Shown in pieces: positions 16,655 through 22,008 of a stretch of DNA of 22,008 nucleotides. The position numbers were made by a program, and so were the translations under genes. The DNA is from a virus: the UHGV virus genome UHGV-1547525; one strand, written 5' to 3'. Positions within the stretch are counted from its first letter, which is position 1; the number at the start of each line of letters is the position of its first letter. The notes beneath the pieces were generated by a model. The model made no database searches. It was given only the letters and a program-made list of their open reading frames with translations, and had not been told where the DNA came from.

Positions 16655-18112
16655 TTAGGAGCGCCAAAAAAAACCTGAAAACAATATAATAACAGGATAA
16701 ATTTCAAGGCGACCAAGAATCATAGCTATGCACATTAAATATTTTGCAATGTCATTAAGCACTCCGAATGACGATGCAGTAGCCCCAAAACCTAATCCCA
16801 TATTATTAATACATGCAGCCACTGTTGCAAATGATGTAAGAAAATCATATCCCATACCATTTAACACCAGTATAAAAAACACCGTGAAGAGAGTATAAAG
16901 AAAAAAGAAACTCCATACAGACCTCATTACACGATCTGTAACTATCTTCCCTCCTACATTTACACTCAACAACGCTCTGGGATGAGAAAGCTGATTTATC
17001 TCGTGTTTGCTTTGTTTGAAAAGTATAAGAAATCGAAGTGACTTAATTCCACCACAAGTTGAACCTATACATCCCCCAAAGAAACTTGACGACAGCAAAA
17101 ACACTATCGTGTGCGTGGGCCAGTTTGCATAATCCTGCGTAGCTAAACCATTATCAGTGAGCATGGAGCTGGCAAGAAAAAACGAATGAATAAAACTTCC
17201 ATGCAAGTCATACATACCTATATGCCAGACCTGGAAAGAGGTAACAATGATCACCCCTAAGGCTATTAACAGAAAGAAACGAAGTTCAATATCTCTGATT
17301 AAAGGTTTTATCGTTTTCCTGCTAATAACAATATACCAAAGAGTGAAGTTGAAAGCCGATAGCAGGGAAAAAGAACCAGCCACCAGCTCAACCAAATAGT
17401 TATTAAAATATCCGATACTCTCGCTATGAGTTGAGAAACCACCAAGCGAAACTGTGGAAATCCCGTGACAAATAGCATCAAACAAAGGCATTCCTGCAAG
17501 TCTATAACAGACAATACAAGCAATACCTAATAAAGAATAAGTTATCCACAGTGTCCGTGACGTATCGGCCAGGCGGGGAGTGAGTTTGTCATCCTTAAAT
17601 GGCCCCGGCATTTCTGACTGATAAAGCTTTGCACCACCAATACCCAATAATGGCAATACAGCAACCGCCAGAACAATAACTCCTAAACCACCTATAAAAT
17701 TTAACTGTGACCGATAGTACAAATATGCCCGAGGTAATGAACTAACATCATCAATTACAGTTGCTCCTGTTGTTGTTATTCCAGAAACCCCTTCAAACAG
17801 AGCATCAATGAACGTTAAATTAAGTTCTGAGTCAATCCATAAAGGGAATGCACTAATAACAGAAAACAAAATCCAAAACATTACAATTATAATAAACCCA
17901 TCACGGGTACGTAATTGAATGCCAGATTTCTTAGTTGTATACCACGCTCCGCCACCAATGCAAAAAAATATAACGAAAGTTATAAAGAAAACGAACAGGC
18001 TTTTTTCTTTATAAAACAATGCTACAACCATTGGTGGCAACATTGAAAGACTATAGAGCCAAACCAGGAACCCACACATATGAGTAACAACTCTTACATG
18101 AGATGTATTCAT
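16655..18112 (-). CDS. trkG: Trk-family potassium uptake membrane protein (TrkG of Rac-type prophages)
   Basis: 485-aa polytopic membrane protein from ATG at 18112 (MNTSHVRVVTHMCGFLVWLY...); the ORF-track start at 18130 is a TTG extension. TrkH/TrkG-like repeated pore-loop architecture. Visibly AT-rich relative to the flanking phage genes. Adjacent to Rz/Rz1 remnants, as I recall for E. coli K-12 Rac. Confidence 0.8.
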   Translation of the reverse strand: MNTSHVRVVTHMCGFLVWLYSLSMLPPMVVALFYKEKSLFVFFITFVIFFCIGGGAWYTTKKSGIQLRTRDGFIIIVMFWILFSVISAFPLWIDSELNLTFIDALFEGVSGITTTGATVIDDVSSLPRAYLYYRSQLNFIGGLGVIVLAVAVLPLLGIGGAKLYQSEMPGPFKDDKLTPRLADTSRTLWITYSLLGIACIVCYRLAGMPLFDAICHGISTVSLGGFSTHSESIGYFNNYLVELVAGSFSLLSAFNFTLWYIVISRKTIKPLIRDIELRFFLLIALGVIIVTSFQVWHIGMYDLHGSFIHSFFLASSMLTDNGLATQDYANWPTHTIVFLLSSSFFGGCIGSTCGGIKSLRFLILFKQSKHEINQLSHPRALLSVNVGGKIVTDRVMRSVWSFFFLYTLFTVFFILVLNGMGYDFLTSFATVAACINNMGLGFGATASSFGVLNDIAKYLMCIAMILGRLEIYPVIILFSGFFWRS

Positions 18113-18249
18113 ATCTAAATATTCTTTCAATTATAACCACCTTGCTGCAATATTATGATTATACTGTATAAAATTTAACTCCTCTTAGATCTTACTTCAC
18201 TGTTCCTTATGAAACAATCATCAAAATGAATCATATTGTAGTTAAGATT

Positions 18250-18699
18250 TTACTTTAAACACTGCTCGGTTATGTATTGCTGAGCACCTTCAAGTTGGGC
18301 CTGCATCATTACCAGTCGTTCCCGGAGGGTGAAATAATCCCGTTCAGCGGTGTCTGCCAGTCGGGGGGAGGCTGCATTATCCACGCCGGAGGCGGTGGTG
18401 GCTTCACGCACTGACTGACAGACTGCTTTGATGTGCAACCGACGACGACCAGCGGCAACATCATCACGCAGAGCATCATTTTCAGCTTTCGCATCAGCTA
18501 ACTCCTTCGTGTATTTTGCATCGAGCGCAGCAACATCACGCTGACGCATCTGCATGTCAGTAATTGCCGCGTTCGCCAGCTTCAGTTCTCTGGCATTTTT
18601 GTCGCGCTGTTCTTTGTAGGCGATGGCGTTATCACGGTAATGATTAACACCCCATGACAGGCAGACGACGATGCAGATAACCAGAGCGGAGATACCAGA
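18250..18699 (-). pseudogene. rzpR: Rz (i-spanin) remnant lacking its 5' end and start codon (rzpR-like)
   Basis: From ...[33 protein letters not shown]... through [47 protein letters not shown]...EQCLK the translation tracks lambda Rz as I recall it. The similarity breaks about 7 codons in, and there is no in-frame ATG/GTG/TTG upstream before a TGA. Confidence 0.8.
18309..18494 (-). CDS. rzoR: Rz1 (o-spanin) lipoprotein, embedded in the Rz reading frame
   Basis: 61-aa [59 protein letters not shown]... with lipobox-like VVGC and a proline run, matching lambda Rz1 as I recall it. Embedded in the +1 frame of Rz. Confidence 0.8.
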   Translation of the reverse strand: MRKLKMMLCVMMLPLVVVGCTSKQSVSQCVKPPPPPAWIMQPPPDWQTPLNGIISPSGNDW

Positions 18700-18766
18700 A
18701 TGTCTCGATTCTAGGTATTCCGCCAGGAATCTCGTTCCAGAAATGAAACATCAGGTTCGCCAGTAC

Positions 18767-18798
18767 CAGAAACAACAAAACCCGCTCAATGGCGGGTT
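18767..18798 (-). terminator. tR'-like intrinsic terminator downstream of the Q-like gene
   Basis: Minus strand AACCCGC-CAUUGA-GCGGGUU followed by UUGUUGUUUCUGG, about 85-115 nt after the Q-like stop. Confidence 0.45.
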
Positions 18799-18881
18799 CT
18801 GGTAAAGTTCATGCGCTTGGTTCGCCTCGCGATACAGCTTTGCGAAGCATACCGGAATTGAAGCAGTTTATGCGTAAAAAA

Positions 18882-19424
18882 TCAAGCTATTTTTTGAGCA
18901 AATGATTCTCGCATGGGAATATATAGGGCATACTCAGCAACAGCCAACCAATTAGCAATTCGCTTTTCGCATGTGCTAAAACACCACTCAGGATGTGCAT
19001 CATTTAGCAATTCAGCCATTTTGCGCTTAGTCATCCCCCGTCCTTCATACCGTTGCCGGAGGACACTAATCAATCCAGGATGCTCTGCCAGCACCTCACT
19101 TATGACTCTATCAATACATAACGCCTCTGCATCAGTACAATGCGCCAGCCAGGTCTTTTGCTTGCCATTGATCATCTCTCGCAAAAACGCTTCCAGCTCA
19201 GGTTTCTCTATTCCCGCTTTTTTCATCCTGCGCAGGGCTTCATTGACGGCTGTTTTCGTCAATTTTTTGGATGCCAGCAACTGGTTAAACATATTTCCCG
19301 TCTTACCGCCGCCAATATACGACCAGCGCCCCCACATGCGCAGTTTTCCCTGAATCCAGACACTTTCCAGCGTGGTGAGACGAAGGTGTTCCCCGCTTTT
19401 GCCTGTATTTGTTGGGTAAATCAT
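18882..19424 (-). CDS. Late-gene antitermination protein Q-like (tentative)
   Basis: 180-aa ORF from ATG at 19424, overlapping the upstream stop (ATGA); the ORF-track start at 19544 is an upstream extension. Assigned mainly by position: last gene before the promoter/terminator-like leader and lysis remnants, after nin-region-like genes. Confidence 0.4.
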   Translation of the reverse strand: MIYPTNTGKSGEHLRLTTLESVWIQGKLRMWGRWSYIGGGKTGNMFNQLLASKKLTKTAVNEALRRMKKAGIEKPELEAFLREMINGKQKTWLAHCTDAEALCIDRVISEVLAEHPGLISVLRQRYEGRGMTKRKMAELLNDAHPEWCFSTCEKRIANWLAVAEYALYIPMRESFAQKIA

Positions 19425-19711
19425 AAATAACCTTCCTTTCTCCAGATTTCTTGTGTGCGAAAAACACCTTCTGCATGCATCAGGCGTAATTCTTCTTTGG
19501 TGTAATCGCTGGTTTTTACCCGCCCGTCGATTAGATCGTGGCATGAGCTACAGGCTATCGCCGCCTGCATATCGTGTGGTTTTGTCGCTGTTCCGCACGT
19601 CCCCGCCAGCCTGTAATGCGCCAGCACAGAGGTTTCGGGATTGTGATTGCAGTAGCCAGGGATTCTGATCTGGCACATCTGGCCTTTAGCCGCTTTACGT
19701 AAATTCACCAT
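19421..19711 (-). CDS. YbcO-like (DUF1364) putative zinc-binding nuclease of the nin region
   Basis: 96 aa with CQIRIPGYC ... CSSCH cysteine pairs. Length and motifs resemble the prophage-encoded YbcO family as I recall it. Start overlaps the upstream stop (TAATG). Confidence 0.55.
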   Translation of the reverse strand: MVNLRKAAKGQMCQIRIPGYCNHNPETSVLAHYRLAGTCGTATKPHDMQAAIACSSCHDLIDGRVKTSDYTKEELRLMHAEGVFRTQEIWRKEGYL

Positions 19712-20310
19712 TACGCAAACTCCAGTAGTTGTGCGGCCACATTTTCAACTTCCTCCTGAGAGGAGAATTTACGGAACAGGATCCAGTTCCACAGCACATT
19801 CAGTACAGATTTATAAACCTGCTGAAACTCGACTTCGTCCATATTCGCAAAAGCGATGGATTTTGCCCGACGCCCACGGCTACCGTCCGGATAAATATGC
19901 TCGGTGTAAAATCCGGCCTGAATGGTTACCCACTCGCGGAAAGCCTCAAACGACTTTAGCAACGCCGTATCCCGGGTTCTACGAGTCGCAACGGTGTTAA
20001 GGTATTGCTCTGCGGCATCACTCAGGGCTGGAGTGTGTTCCCGACCTACTGATTCGCACAGGTAATCAACGAAGCCCGATACCAGTTTTCGTTCGCGAGG
20101 CGTGATCGCCCCACCGACCGGAGTCCAGTAATCGAATCCCAGTTGCAGGAGTTTGAAAAAACGCTTGTGGAATGCGTAGTTACGCACACGCTTAAAGTCT
20201 GCGTGTATCCACTCACCTATTTTGATTTGATGCAAAAAATCGCAACTCTCCGGCGTCGCCGGGAGAAGTAAACCAGAAGAGGTTTGTTTGACCAGTTGTA
20301 TATGCGCCAT
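19711..20310 (-). CDS. nin-region hypothetical protein (DUF1367-like, tentative)
   Basis: 199-aa ORF, ATG at 20310, translationally coupled to the YbcO-like gene. Family assignment is from memory only. Confidence 0.35.
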   Translation of the reverse strand: MAHIQLVKQTSSGLLLPATPESCDFLHQIKIGEWIHADFKRVRNYAFHKRFFKLLQLGFDYWTPVGGAITPRERKLVSGFVDYLCESVGREHTPALSDAAEQYLNTVATRRTRDTALLKSFEAFREWVTIQAGFYTEHIYPDGSRGRRAKSIAFANMDEVEFQQVYKSVLNVLWNWILFRKFSSQEEVENVAAQLLEFA

Positions 20311-20590
20311 TTCTCAATCTCTCGATGGCGCAGCGCAGCAGATGCCAGTTGTTCAGGCTGACGAATAAAGTATAAATAAACTGGCTATGGTGTAAAGCCC
20401 CACATAGCATGAACAAACACTACATATCAAATAGCTGGTACAAGGATAGAAATACGACATTTATTATTAAAAACGATTAGATAAATTACATTTTAATGTT
20501 ATGCAAAAGTTCTTTTTTATCATAACATTTCAATAAAAGCATTACAGATGCAATCATCCCGTCATCATCAATTATTTAAGGTGGTTAAAC

Positions 20591-20683
20591 ATGGAAAATA
20601 ACAAGTTCGCACATCTCGCTCCTTTTTTATCCGTAATCCTTTTCGCTTGTTTTTTTTATATGGGCATTATTTTTATAAAGTAG
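20591..20683 (+). CDS. 30-codon small hydrophobic peptide ORF (hypothetical)
   Basis: ATG preceded by AAGGTGG at about 8 nt. Translation MENNKFAHLAPFLSVILFACFFYMGIIFIK contains one ~21-residue hydrophobic stretch. Lies in an AT-rich intergenic island; not in the ORF track. Confidence 0.3.
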   Translation: MENNKFAHLAPFLSVILFACFFYMGIIFIK

Positions 20684-21080
20684 CCACATGATAAGTTGCT
20701 GGAATCATATTTCCCACTCAAGTCATTAACATTTGATAAGATATATCTAAAAGGACGCCTTTACATTATTTATGTGTATATAATTTATTTATATACACAG
20801 TAAAGGCATCCTGGGAAAATATTTATCGTTAAAAAATACATCATAAATAATTAAGCTGAAATTTCAGAACACAACTAATACACACAATAAGGTTCAGTAA
20901 CAATAATCTATGTGGACTACATCGAGATTTTTTGATTAAACTTTAATAACTTATTCCTAACACACAGAATGCATAAACTAAAAGTAAAACAAATAGTTAT
21001 ACGAAAAACAACCATATTTATTATATCTTCTCCTCTAATCAACATATCAATTATGTGTTTCATAACAGCTTGACATAACC

Positions 21081-21115
21081 CTCAAAAACACGCATTTATA
21101 ATGCATGTTTTTGAG
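21081..21115. promoter_or_regulatory. 15-bp inverted repeat (14/15 match, 5-bp spacer) overlapping the TATAAT element and abutting the Shine-Dalgarno of the cupin-like gene
   Basis: CTCAAAAACACGCAT-ttata-ATGCATGTTTTTGAG; an upstream TTGACA at 21070-21075 and TATAAT at 21097-21102 are 21 bp apart. Confidence 0.5.
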
Positions 21116-21124
21116 GAGGTGGTT

Positions 21125-21463
21125 ATGACACACAAGAGAATTCCTAAAGATTGGGTAATCAAACGCTCAACTCCGTTCTTCACAAAAGAGAACGTACCTT
21201 CAGCGTTATTAACACATCATAATACAGCAGCAGGTGTTTTTGGGCAGTTGTGCGTAATGGAAGGCACTGTAACATATTATGGTTTTACTGATGAGAATGC
21301 TACTGAACCGGAGATAAAAGTAGTCATTAATGCTGGCGCTTTTGCAACAAGCCCACCACAATACTGGCACCGTGTTGAACTAAGCGATGATGCTCAGTTT
21401 AATATTAACTTTTGGGTCGCTCCAGACTTCTCGGGCGAAAAAGTCTATAGCACCAAAAAATAG
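21125..21463 (+). CDS. Small cupin-like protein, DUF1971-like (YeaR/TehB-C-terminal-like; tentative)
   Basis: 112-aa ORF from ATG at 21125 preceded by GAGGAGGTGG; the ORF-track start at 21101 lies inside the palindrome. Size and the ...RSTPFF...H...G...Y...W... pattern recall the DUF1971 family. Flanked by its own control region and terminator; plus strand, opposite to the phage genes. Confidence 0.45.
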   Translation: MTHKRIPKDWVIKRSTPFFTKENVPSALLTHHNTAAGVFGQLCVMEGTVTYYGFTDENATEPEIKVVINAGAFATSPPQYWHRVELSDDAQFNINFWVAPDFSGEKVYSTKK

Positions 21464-21492
21464 ATGATCATATTAAAAATGCTTTAACAGTC

Positions 21493-21529
21493 AGACCCGG
21501 CAGGGCTATCCCCGACGGGTCTCATTTTT
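21493..21529 (+). terminator. Intrinsic terminator after the cupin-like gene
   Basis: GACCCGGCAGGG-CUAU-CCCCGACGGGUC hairpin (two mismatches) followed by UCAUUUUUGU, about 30 nt after the stop. Confidence 0.5.
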
Positions 21530-22008
21530 GTAAATATATTGGTTCTACATTGACAGGAGACTTCAACCATAAGAAGTAATCTGAATACTTGAGCAATAAA
21601 TTTACTTAAGATTAATGAGCGCACCTTGCCGGACAAAGATAAACCAAGGTAACACCTTTTTTCTAGCCAGTATGTAATCAATCAGAAAGCCGCTCCATAA
21701 GAACAACAGCAAGACAATAAATTGCCATTACAGCCGCAATAGCCAGCGCACATTTGAGAACCAGCACGACAACCCCCTGTATTAGACGCACACCAGTCCT
21801 GATAAATATGAGGCTGTCTCGTCAGTGATTCAATACAACTATTGGGTATAGTTTCTGTGATTTTGTTCTGTAGAAATGGAACACAACAACCAGTCACCAC
21901 CAGCACTTCTTTTAATACGCAAAGTCCGACACAAGCTAACCTTTTAGTCCGCTTTGAGCGAGGAACGGAAGTTGGGACTACAGTAGAAATTTTAGCTGAA
22001 TAAGGAAT

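Noticed and set aside
16435-16716. 93-aa minus-strand ORF spanning the trkG 3' end, the terminator and the ParB-like start
   Set aside because: It crosses an intergenic terminator hairpin and overlaps two supported genes in other frames.
17308-17523. 71-aa ORF inside trkG
   Set aside because: Alternative frame within the transporter gene.
18112-18130. TTG-initiated 6-codon N-terminal extension of trkG (MKEYLD-)
   Set aside because: The ATG at 18112 gives the 485-aa form that I recall for Rac TrkG. The TTG extension has no better ribosome-binding site.
20495-20529. 9-bp inverted repeat AATGTTATG-N17-CATAACATT
   Set aside because: Short arms in very AT-rich DNA and no adjacent U-tract on either strand, so it is likely chance. 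Not called as a terminator or operator.
21070-21102. Sigma-70 promoter call from consensus TTGACA (21070-21075) and TATAAT (21097-21102)
   Set aside because: The two hexamers are 21 bp apart, outside the usual 16-18 bp spacer. I therefore report the region as a control region with a palindrome rather than asserting a promoter.
21484-21681. 65-aa minus-strand ORF
   Set aside because: It overlaps the terminator hairpin of the cupin-like gene; no ribosome-binding site and low-complexity translation.
1-22008. CRISPR arrays, tRNA/rRNA genes, integrase or IS elements
   Set aside because: I saw no repeat-spacer periodicity, no cloverleaf-like or rRNA-like segments, and no recombinase or transposase-like ORF on reading. 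The window appears to lie wholly inside the prophage late region plus an adjacent AT-rich island.

Overview
The window is almost entirely the late region of a lambdoid, Rac-type Escherichia coli prophage, encoded on the minus strand and read right to left. From the right: nin-region genes and a Q-like antiterminator (18.9-20.3 kb), a pR'/tR'-like leader, a decayed lysis cassette (5'-truncated Rz with intact embedded Rz1, no holin or endolysin), the AT-rich cargo gene trkG, a ParB-like nuclease-domain gene translationally coupled to a soluble GT2-type glycosyltransferase-like gene, small and large terminase, portal, Mu-F-like head protein, scaffold, major capsid, head-tail joining genes, major tail protein, G/G-T chaperone with a -1 frameshift site, tape measure (gpH family), gpM and the start of gpL. 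The right-hand 1.7 kb is an AT-rich island with a 30-codon membrane-peptide ORF and a plus-strand cupin-like (DUF1971-like) moron with its own palindromic control region and terminator. I recognised no tRNA, rRNA, CRISPR array, integrase or IS element. Most worth follow-up: the ParB-like/GT2 gene pair, a TGCGCA/T-tract repeat array inside terS (candidate packaging site), and the loss of holin/endolysin beside an otherwise complete morphogenesis module. All family assignments come from reading the translations and from recalled motifs; none was confirmed by a search.
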